A stretch of 64,000 nt of DNA from positions 384,001 through 448,000 of the forward strand of contig JBBRLQ010000003.1 in the NCBI GenBank assembly GCA_038231275.1, written 5' to 3'. Origin of the DNA: Polyangiales bacterium. Its GTDB lineage: Bacteria; Myxococcota_A; Polyangia; Polyangiales; Polyangiaceae. The notes beneath the pieces are model-generated. The model ran no database searches, was not told where the DNA came from, and saw nothing but the letters and a program-made list of their open reading frames with translations. The stretch's first letter is position 1. The number at the start of each line of letters is the position of its first letter. Made by a program: the position numbers and the translations under genes. Below are positions 53,879 to 63,138 of the stretch, piece after piece.

Positions 53879-54949
53879 TCAAGGCATCGGGTGGGCGATG
53901 AAGAACTTCATGATCTCCTCGCCCCACACGAACGCGTTGGGCAGCTTGCACGGGATCGCGTACTGCGGCGCCTGCGGATCGCTGGGGCTGCCAGGGATGC
54001 AGTGGCCCTTCGCGAACTCCCACGGCCCCGGGCTCACCGTCTCGTAGGCGTGGTCGAGCGTCTCGAAGACGAGGCCGCCCGCCCCCGTCCACCGGTCGTG
54101 CCGGTAGTTGGCGTCTTGCGCGAGGGTCGTCGGGCCAGTCAGACCGTAGGCCTGGATCGCGGCGTCGCGGATCGTGGTCATGCTCGCGTAGCCGACGGAC
54201 GCGTCGGTGCGGCCCATCAAGAGGAGGACGGGAATCTTCCGCGTTGGAGCGCGACCCGGCGTGAAGCACGTCGCCTCACCGAAATTCGTTCCGTCTCCCG
54301 CGCCGCCGGGCGAGGCCGAGGCGAACAGATCGGAGTGATCGCAGAGGAGCCTCCACGTGACGAAGCCGCCACGCGAAAAGCCAGCGACGTGGATCTTCTT
54401 CGTGTTCACGCGGAAGACGCTCGCGAAGGTCTGCACCATGGCGACCAACGAGGCGTCGTTGCTCGACGTCCACGTAGAGCCGGGCTGGCCTCCGAAGGGT
54501 GGCCCGGTCGGCGCGAGCACGACGAACCCGGCGGCCTGGCCCCGGTCGCGCAAGGTGACATGGCCGTCCATGAGGAGGCCGGTGCCGGTGTCCCCGTGAA
54601 GCTCGAGGATCAGCCCGCACCCAGGCGCCTCGCACGCCGCGGGGATGCGCGCGTCCACCTTTAAGCCGTTGCACGTGTACACATGATCGCCCGCGGACAC
54701 GTCGGTGACGCACCCTTGCGGCGTGGGAGGCCCCGCGTCGACCGCCGTCCCGCCCCCTTCGGGCGGGAGCACCGCGCTGCCGTCGGAAGGTGGCGGAGGA
54801 GGCGACGAGCTCGCGTCGGCCGCGTCGTGAGCGCCGCCGCCGTCGTACGGCGAACCGGTCAAGGCATCCGACGGCGACGCGTCGCTGCTGCACGCCGCGG
54901 CGGCGAGGAGGACGAGGGGCACGAGGAGCGCGATCAGCCTGCGATCCAT
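53879..54949 (-). CDS. PHB depolymerase/LpqC-like esterase lipoprotein
   Basis: AAAC lipobox; LHG; GFSRGG nucleophile elbow. Confidence 0.8.
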   Translation of the reverse strand: MDRRLIALLVPLVLLAAAACSSDASPSDALTGSPYDGGGAHDAADASSSPPPPPSDGSAVLPPEGGGTAVDAGPPTPQGCVTDVSAGDHVYTCNGLKVDARIPAACEAPGCGLILELHGDTGTGLLMDGHVTLRDRGQAAGFVVLAPTGPPFGGQPGSTWTSSNDASLVAMVQTFASVFRVNTKKIHVAGFSRGGFVTWRLLCDHSDLFASASPGGAGDGTNFGEATCFTPGRAPTRKIPVLLLMGRTDASVGYASMTTIRDAAIQAYGLTGPTTLAQDANYRHDRWTGAGGLVFETLDHAYETVSPGPWEFAKGHCIPGSPSDPQAPQYAIPCKLPNAFVWGEEIMKFFIAHPMP

Positions 54950-54998
54950 TCGCTTCAGCATACCAGCCGGAGTCGGAAGTGTATCTTCGGTCCCCCAC

Positions 54999-55490
54999 GT
55001 GGCTGCCCGACGAAAAGAGGCGCAGAGGTTCATCGCGCAGAACCGCTCCGCGACGTTCCACTACGTCATCCGCGAGCGCTACGAGGCGGGCATCGTACTC
55101 AAGGGGAGCGAGGTGAAGTCGATCCGCGAAGGCGGCGTCCACCTCACCGAGGCGTACGCGTCGATCGAGCGCGGTGAGGTCTGGATCCGGCAGTTGCATA
55201 TTGCATCCTTCTTCGCCGCTCGCGCGTTCCCCCACGCAGAGCGCGGCGCGCGCAAGCTGCTCCTCCACGCGAAGGAGATCCGCCACCTCGAGCGCGCCGT
55301 GACGCGCGAGGGGTACACGCTCGTGCCGCTGAACCTCTATTTCAAGGAAGGGCGCGTCAAGGTCACGCTCGCCCTCGCCCGCGGCAAGAAGGCGTACGAC
55401 AAGCGCGCCGCGCTCAAGGAGAAGACCGAGACGAAGGAGGCCGTCGACGCAATGCGCCCGCGCGCCGCGAGGTCCCGGCGCGCGCGGTAG
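54999..55490 (+). CDS. smpB: SsrA-binding protein
   Basis: EAGIVLKGSEVKSIR, RKLLLH..EI, GKKAYDKR. Confidence 0.97.
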   Translation: MAARRKEAQRFIAQNRSATFHYVIRERYEAGIVLKGSEVKSIREGGVHLTEAYASIERGEVWIRQLHIASFFAARAFPHAERGARKLLLHAKEIRHLERAVTREGYTLVPLNLYFKEGRVKVTLALARGKKAYDKRAALKEKTETKEAVDAMRPRAARSRRAR

Positions 55491-55499
55491 GGTCGACGG

Positions 55500-58295
55500 C
55501 TACGGGCACGAGAACGTTCCCTCGAGGGCCTTCGTCGCCGGGCGGTACACCATCCCGGAGTCCATGCTGTCGACGGCGGTGCCGCGCCCGTCGACCTTGA
55601 TGCATTGGACCACCGAGTCGGCCTCGGCCTCTCCGGTGGCGAGGTCGAAGTGCAGGCGGGTCTCGGTTCCGACGAGGTCGACGTTCTGGCCCGCGCGTAG
55701 CGCGCTGAGGGCGCTGAAGATCTTGGCGGGGCCGACCTCGATCGCCGGTCCGGGGCCGACGAGCCGCGCGATCCCCTTCGCGAGGCTCTGCCCGGTGAGG
55801 GGCGCGTCGCCGGCGGCGTACGCCGCGTACGCCAGGAGGTACACCGCGTCGTAGGCGGGACGAGGGGCATCGGACGTCGACACCTTGTCCTGGAACGCTT
55901 CGTTGAAGTGGGTCGTGAAGAGGTTGCTCGCGACGGTCGTCGTGGGGGTATTGATCCGAACGAAGCGCTTCCGCCGCTGCGCGTCTCGTCCGACGAAATC
56001 GAGGATCACGCCGATCGCCGGCGGGCCCAGGACCACGTGGAAGGGGCGGTGGCGGGCCCCCTTTGGCCAGCGCTCCTCGAGCGGCAACAGGATCGCTTTG
56101 ATCACGGCTTCGTCGGCGACCCACGCGATGACGTGCGGCTTGAGCTCCAGAAGCTTGGTCACCGCCGCGTCGAGCTGCGGCGCTGCCTCGCGGCTCTGGA
56201 TGTCGCCGTAGCCGATGTCGCGGTAGTTTGGGCCGTTCTCCACCGCGGTCTTGCCGTTGAAGCGCAGCGTTCGAAGGAGCGCGTCCGAGACGCTCAAGCC
56301 GACGGTGGAATCGGCGCGGAGCAGCGCGACGCGGATGGGGCCGGTAATCGCCGCCGACGAGCGCACGCGAGGTTCGGCGAGTGAGCCCACGATCGCCGCC
56401 ATCGCGCCGACGTCGTGCGAGACGCTGGTGGTCGCGCGCCACACCATGCGGGGCGTTCCCGGCGGCTGAGGGATGGCGGTGACGAGATCGCTGTGGTTGA
56501 GCGCGGTGACCGCGACGACGTCGTTGGGGATGAACAAGGACTGCGCCGCGTCGATGAGGTCGCGGCTCGAGTGAAAGCCGACGACGCCGGGCACGTGGAG
56601 ATCGAGCGCGAGGTGGCGCGCCGCGCGTTCGTGGGCGACGGCGTCGTCGCACATGACCAGCCCGAGCGGGCGCGCGCGGCCGTCGGTCGCCGTCGGGATG
56701 CCGTGCGAGACCGTCGCGAAATCGCGGCGCGCGAGCTCCGCGGCCTGGGAATAGCGGACGCCGAACGCTGCCGCGTCCACTCCCGTCGTGGGAAACATCG
56801 TGCCGAGCCAGATCGTGTCGTCGTTCCTCGCGTCGGCGGGCTCAGCGTGGACCACGCAGTCCGCCGACGCGAGCGCGACGCACGCGCCGGTGTCCTTGCG
56901 GCAGAGGAAGGGGGCGCCCTGGTGCGCGTCGATGCATTCGGCGTTCGTCGTGCAGCGCGGCGCGGCGGCGCGGGGATCGATCGCTGCGGAGCGGCCCGCG
57001 CGCCCCGCGAAGAGCGCGATCGCGCCCGCCACGAGCGCCAGCGGCACGAGCGCAGCGATCCATGGCCGGCGTTTCGCGACGGGCGGCATCGACGGAGCTG
57101 CTTTGGTGGCGCTGCCCGTCTCCTCCGCCGGCTCTACGCCCGAGCGTCGCGCGCGGGGAACCTCCGCAACGGTGCGCGTCTCCGATCCGGCCTCATCCAC
57201 CGGCGGCGGCGGCGCGCTCGACGCAGACCCCAGCGCTGCTCCGAGGTACCTGGGGTCGGAGCCTGCATCGACGGCGTTGGAGGCGGATCCCGGATCGTCC
57301 GCGACGCTCTTGATGCGCGCCTCGATCAGCGCCTGCCGCTTCTCGCGCTGCGTCCCGAAGAGCCGCACCATGAACTCGGCGAGCTGTCGCGCGCTGACGT
57401 GCTCGTCGCGCGCGCGGAGGACCGCTTCGAGCGCGTCGGCGAAGTCGGACGCCGTCGCGAAGCGATCGCTGGGCTCCAGAGCCAGCGCCTTCATGCAGAT
57501 GGCTTCGAGCCCCTCGTCGACGCCCGGCGCCACCGTGCTCGGCCGCGGGATGTCGCCGGTCGCTACGCGGGCGACGACGTCGAGGTCGGTCTGGTCCGCC
57601 CACAGTCGCTTTCCGGTCAGCACCTGCCAGAGGAGGATGCCGACCGCGAAGACGTCCGCGCGCCGATCGACGACGCGCTCCCCCGGCGTCGCCCCTTGTC
57701 CGGGGGTGTACCGTCCGGCGAGCACTTGCTCGGGCGCCATGTAATGCAGCTTGCCGACCAAGGCGCCCGCCTCGGTGAGACTCGACGAGTCGACGGCCTT
57801 GGCGATGCCGAAATCGAGGAGCTTTACCGCCCCCTCGTACGTGACGAAGACGTTGTGGGGAGAGACGTCGCGGTGCACGACATAGAGCGGCCGTCCCTCG
57901 AGATCGCGGAGCTCGTGCGCGTAGTGCAGCCCGATGAGCACTTGCGCGAGGATGAACAAGGCAGTGGGCAGCGGGACGCCCCCGATGCTCTGCGCCTCAC
58001 GCACGATCGCGGAGAGCGACTGTCCCTCGAGGTATTCCATCTCGATGAAGTACTGCTCCCCGTCGAAACCCACCTCGTTCGTCTGCACGATGTTGGGGTG
58101 GTTGAGGCGCGCCGAGAGCCGCGCTTCGTCGAGAAACATCTTCAGCCGGCGCTCGTCGTTCTCGACGTCGGCGTGCATCTGCTTGACGACCTTGAGCTTG
58201 CTCCACCCGGCGGGCCCACGCGCGATCACGAGGTAAACCGTGCCCATCCCCCCTTGGCCGAGGCGGAGGAGCACACGATGCCGCGGGGGACTCAC
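55500..58295 (-). CDS. Ser/Thr kinase - TM - Cys-rich - type I periplasmic binding protein fusion
   Basis: GQGGMG, HRDVSPHN, DFG; TM WIAALVPLALVAGAIALF; LIVBP-like C-terminus (YDAVYLLAYA). Confidence 0.9.
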   Translation of the reverse strand: MSPPRHRVLLRLGQGGMGTVYLVIARGPAGWSKLKVVKQMHADVENDERRLKMFLDEARLSARLNHPNIVQTNEVGFDGEQYFIEMEYLEGQSLSAIVREAQSIGGVPLPTALFILAQVLIGLHYAHELRDLEGRPLYVVHRDVSPHNVFVTYEGAVKLLDFGIAKAVDSSSLTEAGALVGKLHYMAPEQVLAGRYTPGQGATPGERVVDRRADVFAVGILLWQVLTGKRLWADQTDLDVVARVATGDIPRPSTVAPGVDEGLEAICMKALALEPSDRFATASDFADALEAVLRARDEHVSARQLAEFMVRLFGTQREKRQALIEARIKSVADDPGSASNAVDAGSDPRYLGAALGSASSAPPPPVDEAGSETRTVAEVPRARRSGVEPAEETGSATKAAPSMPPVAKRRPWIAALVPLALVAGAIALFAGRAGRSAAIDPRAAAPRCTTNAECIDAHQGAPFLCRKDTGACVALASADCVVHAEPADARNDDTIWLGTMFPTTGVDAAAFGVRYSQAAELARRDFATVSHGIPTATDGRARPLGLVMCDDAVAHERAARHLALDLHVPGVVGFHSSRDLIDAAQSLFIPNDVVAVTALNHSDLVTAIPQPPGTPRMVWRATTSVSHDVGAMAAIVGSLAEPRVRSSAAITGPIRVALLRADSTVGLSVSDALLRTLRFNGKTAVENGPNYRDIGYGDIQSREAAPQLDAAVTKLLELKPHVIAWVADEAVIKAILLPLEERWPKGARHRPFHVVLGPPAIGVILDFVGRDAQRRKRFVRINTPTTTVASNLFTTHFNEAFQDKVSTSDAPRPAYDAVYLLAYAAYAAGDAPLTGQSLAKGIARLVGPGPAIEVGPAKIFSALSALRAGQNVDLVGTETRLHFDLATGEAEADSVVQCIKVDGRGTAVDSMDSGMVYRPATKALEGTFSCP

Positions 58296-58403
58296 CGATC
58301 CGGCCCGTGGTCTTGGTGCGCGGGGATCAGTGGCAGCATCAACGTGATGCTACTCAGTCGTCACGCGGTCGCAAAAGGCATATCTGCGCGCGCGACGGGA
58401 GCG

Positions 58404-59213
58404 CTACGAAATGGCCGAGATGACCTTGTTCATGCGCTGCGCGAGCTCGCGCGCACGGCTCGCCGCGTCGCCGTACGCGATGACGTACCCGAAGACGTAC
58501 GTGGAGCTTCCGGGCTTCGCGCCGCCTTCGAGGCTCACACGAAGGAGCGCATCGTCGAGCTCGCTCACCGTGAGCGCGAGGTCGCGTCCGTTCGCCATCT
58601 CGACCTTGCCCGAAAGCGCATCTCCACTCGACGTCGTGATGCGATAGCTGTCGCCCGGCTTGGGCGCAGATTCGAAGCCCATCGCGGCCTTCGAGAGGAG
58701 CGTGGTCCAGAGGGCGCCGTGCTCGGTCTTGGCTTCCGCCATGAAGGTGACGTGGGCCGCGGGCTTCTTCGCGTGCCGGGCGAAGTAGTGGCGAAGGTTC
58801 GCGAGCATGAGCCTCCAGCCGCGCGAATGCGACTCGAACTCGCCGTCCCAATCGGCGGACGCGCTGAAGCCGGAGTGAACGAGGCGAAGGGTCGTCGTAG
58901 AGCCGTTGGCCTCGATGGACCAGTCCGCCCAGAGCGGCGCCTTGCTCTCGGGGTTCGTGCCGGAGCTGTGGCGCACGTGGCGCGGCGCGTCCCAGATCTC
59001 GACGGGCTTCTCGACGCTCATTCCTTCGCCCCAGGAGATCCAGATCTGTCCCTTCTTGCCGTCGCTCGGCGGCGTGACGCGGGCCTCCGGCGCGAGCCAC
59101 TTCGCGAGCTCGGTGCCGTCGGTCACGGCGCGGAAGACCTCTTCGGGCGATGCGTTGAGCTCGACGGAGAGCACGATGTCACGGGTGTTGGTCTTGCTGT
59201 CGTCGCTGCTCAT
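58404..59213 (-). CDS. SRPBCC domain protein
   Basis: LNASPEEVFRAVTD..LAKW, LRLVHSGF, GW...LRHY. Confidence 0.85.
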   Translation of the reverse strand: MSSDDSKTNTRDIVLSVELNASPEEVFRAVTDGTELAKWLAPEARVTPPSDGKKGQIWISWGEGMSVEKPVEIWDAPRHVRHSSGTNPESKAPLWADWSIEANGSTTTLRLVHSGFSASADWDGEFESHSRGWRLMLANLRHYFARHAKKPAAHVTFMAEAKTEHGALWTTLLSKAAMGFESAPKPGDSYRITTSSGDALSGKVEMANGRDLALTVSELDDALLRVSLEGGAKPGSSTYVFGYVIAYGDAASRARELAQRMNKVISAIS

Positions 59214-59794
59214 GGGGTTCGCTGCTCTTTCTCGCTGTCGGGGGCGGGTTTTGGATACGCCAATGTGAGGACGCGGTGGACGCGACCTCGGGGTGCGTCC
59301 GCGTGGTGATACTTGGCGGTGAGCTGCGCGATGTTGTTCGCGAGCTCCTCCGCGAACGCGGCGCGATCGTGCGCGCTCGCGAACGTGATCTCCGTCTCGA
59401 GCGTCATCGTCGCCAGACGCTTGCCTGCCTCATCGGCGGCGCGACGAAGTCCGGCGAGCTCGCGAATCGTGCGCGCGCAGACCGCGACGACGTAGGCCGC
59501 GGAGAAACGATCGGTCGCCTCGAGCGCGCCGTGCGCGAGGGAGCCGAGCGCCTCCGCGGAGACGAGGTACGCGCGCCCGGTCGCGCGCACGATGCGCTCG
59601 ACACAGTTGCCGGACCTCTTCTCTTCGACGAGCTCGACGAGGCCTTCCTTCTCGAGCTCCTTCAAGTGGTAGTTGATCTTCTGCCGCGCGACCGAGAAGC
59701 GGCGCGCGATGCCCGACGCGGACTGCGGCTCCGCGAGCTCCTCGAGGATCCTCGTTCGGAGTGGCCTTAGAAGGACCTCAGCGGCGTCGGCCAT
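59210..59794 (-). CDS. ArsR-type winged HTH regulator
   Basis: PLRTRIL..RQKINYHLKELE..GLV. Confidence 0.88.
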   Translation of the reverse strand: MADAAEVLLRPLRTRILEELAEPQSASGIARRFSVARQKINYHLKELEKEGLVELVEEKRSGNCVERIVRATGRAYLVSAEALGSLAHGALEATDRFSAAYVVAVCARTIRELAGLRRAADEAGKRLATMTLETEITFASAHDRAAFAEELANNIAQLTAKYHHADAPRGRVHRVLTLAYPKPAPDSEKEQRTP

Positions 59795-59809
59795 GGGTCG
59801 GATGTAGCC

Positions 59810-59826
59810 GACCTATAAAATAGGTC
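59810..59826. promoter_or_regulatory. Operator dyad overlapping promoter of the HTH-SRPBCC operon
   Basis: Perfect GACCTAT-AAA-ATAGGTC; minus strand TTGACC-N16-TACATC. Confidence 0.7.
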
Positions 59827-59891
59827 AAGGAAAATTATTTTGTCGGCAAACGGTCGGAGAATTTAGCGCTCCGTGGGCCCGTGCGGCGCGA

Positions 59892-60680
59892 TCACGGGCA
59901 AAGGGCGGGCTTGGGGTGGCACTTCGCAGTGGTGACCTCGCAGTAGTAGCCGCCGTAGCATCCGTTGGCCTGGCACGCGTGGGTGCCGCATCCGTGACAC
60001 GGCGCTGCGGCGCCGGGCGCCGCGAACCCGGCGCAGATGGCGCCCGAATCGGGGAGCGGCTCGACCGTCCCGCCGTCGGTTGCAGCGTCCTCCCCCGCGT
60101 CGTCGGGGACCGGCGCGTCAGCGTCGTCGGCGCCGCCGTCCGCCTCGGGGCCCGCCGCGCACTGGCTCTCGGGAACCTGCCGATGAACCGGCGTCAGGCC
60201 GCGCAGGTACGCGACGATGTCGGAGGCCTGCGCGTAGCTGAGATCCGCGAACCGCGGCATCACCGTGCAAAGATCGTCCATCGCGTCGTTCTTGCCCTCG
60301 CGGATCGCGCGCACGATCTGCTCCTCGGTCCAATCGCCGAGCCCGGTGTCCTTGTCGGGCGTGAGGTTGGGAGGATAGGCGGACCCCTCCATGGGCGTCG
60401 TCCGACCGGCGAGCGTGCCGTCCTTCGAGTCGCTCGGCTGGTGGCAACCGCTGCACCCGTGCGACTGCACGAGCGCCTGCCCCCGCTCCGCCGCCGTCGT
60501 CAGGGCGCCGCCCCTCGAGGTGTCCGGCGCCTGCGTGCCCGCGCCCCCGTCGGGCAGGCTCGCCGCGGGCCCCGCCGCATCGCCCGCCGATGGCCCCGCG
60601 AAGCAGGCGGAGAGCGCCGCGGCTCCCGCCGAGAGGAGCACGAAGGTCGCGGAAGCGGTGAGCCAGGTGCCGGTGCGCAT
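59892..60680 (-). CDS. Cytochrome c lipoprotein with Cys-rich tail
   Basis: LSAC; CSGCH; PNLTPD..TGLGDW..RAIREG..MP. Confidence 0.85.
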   Translation of the reverse strand: MRTGTWLTASATFVLLSAGAAALSACFAGPSAGDAAGPAASLPDGGAGTQAPDTSRGGALTTAAERGQALVQSHGCSGCHQPSDSKDGTLAGRTTPMEGSAYPPNLTPDKDTGLGDWTEEQIVRAIREGKNDAMDDLCTVMPRFADLSYAQASDIVAYLRGLTPVHRQVPESQCAAGPEADGGADDADAPVPDDAGEDAATDGGTVEPLPDSGAICAGFAAPGAAAPCHGCGTHACQANGCYGGYYCEVTTAKCHPKPALCP

Positions 60681-60800
60681 GGGAGGGTGTCTCCCACGTA
60701 GCCGGGCGATTGGGCACCGCCGACTTTGCACAAGGGCCATGTCGAATTCGGAAAGTCCGGCGGCGTGACCGCCGACGCTCGGAGGAGCGCGCCCTGCGTG

Positions 60801-61246
60801 TCACCTCGCGAACGAGCAGCAGCGGAAGCCCAGGTTCGGGAGCGCCGTGTTGCGCGCGAGACCGTCGACGTATTGGCAGTCGATACGTTCCACCCGCACT
60901 CCGGCGGCTGCGCGTCGAGCGCGCCGGGGGCCGCGGCCGCGAATTGCAGGTACGGCTGCCCGACGACCTCCGTCTCGTCGATGCACAGGCACGACGATGG
61001 CGTGAGGCGGACCATGCCAGGAGGGCACAGGGTATTCGCGTCCGCCTCGGCGCGATCGTCCACGACATCGGCGCCGGCGTCCGCAGGGGCGCCGGCGTCG
61101 GCCCTCACGTCGGGAGCGCCATCGATTACGTCGCCGCCGTCGGCGCCGACGTAGCTCACGTCCTCGATGCTCAGGAGCGCGCCACACGCGCAGAAGCACG
61201 CCGAGCCGAGCGCCGCGACGACGTGCGGAAGACGGAGGCGCGGCAC
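60801..61246 (-). pseudogene. FGE/SUMF1-domain lipoprotein with large internal deletion and frameshift
   Basis: CPPGMV..CIDETEV..Y..F..CGWN in one frame; LGFRCC end in another; junction near 60882. Confidence 0.72.
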
Positions 61247-61328
61247 CGTCAAATCGTAACGGTTTTCATTTGTCGACTCGAGGCAGATTACGCCAGAGGC
61301 GCACCACTTGGCCTGAGGCCATCGCTAC

Positions 61329-62459
61329 TCAGGCCGCTCCAGGCCGCATTGACGCGGGGGGAGCATGACGCGGGAGACGGACGCTGAACGTAGTGCCCGC
61401 AACGTCGGTCGAAGTCGCGATGATCTTCCCCCCGTGCGAAGAGACGATCTGGGATGCGATGTAAACCCCCAGGCCAAGCCCGGCGTGGGTCTGGTTCTTT
61501 GCGGCGTGACGGACCATGGGGTCGAAGATCGTCGTCAGAGCCGCTTGGGAGATCGTCGGGCCGCCGTTGTGGACTTCCACCAAGACCTCGGCGCCCACGT
61601 CCTGCGCGACGAGGCGGATCGGATCGTCTTTTCCGCCATACTGAATCGCGTTTCGAACGAGGTTCGAGAGCGCCTGCGCGATCCGGTCGGAGTCCCAATC
61701 CCCGCGAAGATCGCCCTTCGGCTCGAAGTGAACTTCGCCGGATGGGCGAAGTCCCTCCAGCTCGGCGATGACTTGTCGGCAGAGCGGCTCGAGATCCATC
61801 GCTCCGCGAGCTACGGGGATGGCGTCTCCAAAGCGGGTGCGCGTGAGGTCGAGCAGGTCACTGATCATTCGGTTCATGCGGTTCGCGCTGTTCAGCATCC
61901 GCGCGGCGATGCTGATACTTCGGTCGTCGAGCTTCTCCGACCCGATGAGCAACGTGGAGCCCGAAATGATGGCCGCGAGCGGATTGCGTAGATCGTGACC
62001 GAGGATGCCGAGCGATTGGTCTCTGTAGTGCTCGGTCGTCGTCGTGAAGCTCGAGACCCCCTCGGTAAGGGCTTCGTCGATGGCCTCGTTGAAGCGAGTC
62101 ACACCTCCCGGATCGCTGCCTTTCTTTTCCCATAACCGAAGGACGCTCGCCCGCAGCGCTCGGTATTCCGCCACGATCTGACCGAGCTTGAAACCGAACT
62201 CGATCCGCAGGGCGGCGTGAACCTGGCCCATCTCTCCGAGGTTCTGGACGTTCCCATACCCCCTGGACTTATCCGCCTGTTCGGCCGCCGTCTGGCGAGA
62301 CCTCATGTCGTGGACGATGGCGGTCAGGATTTGATTGGCATGATCTCGCAGCGCGGTGGGGTTCATGCCCTCCGCCGCAGGTAGGAGCGTGCTGGCGAAC
62401 GCCTCCCATTCGGCGACGATGGCGCTCCGCTCGGCGTCGATGAAGTCTGCGAGCTCCAC
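61329..62459 (-). CDS. Soluble sensor histidine kinase (RsbRD_N-like N-terminus)
   Basis: EYRALRASV, HDLRNPL, NLVRNAIQY, GLGLG. Confidence 0.9.
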   Translation of the reverse strand: MELADFIDAERSAIVAEWEAFASTLLPAAEGMNPTALRDHANQILTAIVHDMRSRQTAAEQADKSRGYGNVQNLGEMGQVHAALRIEFGFKLGQIVAEYRALRASVLRLWEKKGSDPGGVTRFNEAIDEALTEGVSSFTTTTEHYRDQSLGILGHDLRNPLAAIISGSTLLIGSEKLDDRSISIAARMLNSANRMNRMISDLLDLTRTRFGDAIPVARGAMDLEPLCRQVIAELEGLRPSGEVHFEPKGDLRGDWDSDRIAQALSNLVRNAIQYGGKDDPIRLVAQDVGAEVLVEVHNGGPTISQAALTTIFDPMVRHAAKNQTHAGLGLGVYIASQIVSSHGGKIIATSTDVAGTTFSVRLPRHAPPASMRPGAA

Positions 62460-62543
62460 GCAGTTACCGTAGCATCGGCCCGCGCGGAGGGTGCGGTAGA
62501 GCTCCTGCTCGGGGATTGCGACGTTGCATGCTACGGAGCGACC

Positions 62544-62870
62544 ATGCACATCGCGCTCGTGGCTTCCTTGTCGCTCTACGGTCTCCTCGTGCTGGTGGGC
62601 GGCGTGATCGGCTACGTGAAGGCGAAGAGCCGCGCGTCGCTCGTCTCGGGCATCGGGTTCGGGGTCCTGCTAGGGCTCGCGTCGAGGCTCGTCTCGTCGG
62701 GCTCGGTGCGCGTCGGCGCCGGCCTGGGCGTCGTCCTTGCGCTCGCGCTGCTTGGCCGTTTTCTTCCGGCGTTCATGAAGACGAAGAAGGTCATGCCGGC
62801 GGGGCTCGTGGTCGCCCTCGGCGCCGTGGTCGTGGTCCTCGGGGCGATCGCGCTCGTTGACGGGACGTGA
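62544..62870 (+). CDS. TMEM14 family membrane protein
   Basis: YGLLVLVGGVIGYVKAKSRASLVSG..KKVMPAG. Confidence 0.85.
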   Translation: MHIALVASLSLYGLLVLVGGVIGYVKAKSRASLVSGIGFGVLLGLASRLVSSGSVRVGAGLGVVLALALLGRFLPAFMKTKKVMPAGLVVALGAVVVVLGAIALVDGT

Positions 62871-62901
62871 CGTCGGAGCGACGCGCAGAGCGCCTACGAC
62901 G

Positions 62902-62994
62902 ATGAGCATGCACAGCGACACTGCGCCGCGCCGTCCTCGCGTCGCCATCGCGGGCGCGACCGGCTTCGTCGGCACCGCGCTGTGCACTCGATGA
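62902..62994 (+). pseudogene. Truncated NAD(P)-binding (atypical SDR) N-terminal stub
   Basis: MSMHSDTAPRRPRVAIAGATGFVGTALCTR* - Rossmann GATGFVG then stop. Confidence 0.6.
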
Positions 62995-63052
62995 TGCCGT
63001 CCGCGCGCCTCACGCAAGGCTCCTTCGAGGAAAGTAAAAGGCTCGGCCGAGC

Positions 63053-63085
63053 TTGACTGGACATAAGTTGTACAACATATGCACA
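63053..63085 (+). promoter_or_regulatory. -35 box overlapped by three 11-bp direct repeats (CarH/CarA-like operator)
   Basis: TTGACT 63053; TGGACA 63058, TGTACA 63069, TGCACA 63080. Confidence 0.65.
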
Positions 63086-63138
63086 TACGAACGACAGCGG
63101 CACTTCCGCCGTCCCTACCCTCGACCAGAGGAGAGCCC

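Noticed and set aside
54999-55500. tmRNA or an integrated element near smpB
   Set aside because: No room and no tmRNA ends, integrase or att repeats visible.
56415-59309. Long antisense ORFs (also 2564-4744, 40252-42192, 17921-19975)
   Set aside because: Mirror frames of GC3-biased genes with no recognisable motifs.
61329-62459. Histidine kinase as a horizontally acquired island
   Set aside because: Two sampled 60-nt lines gave about 57-62% GC, only modestly low, and there are no mobility signals.
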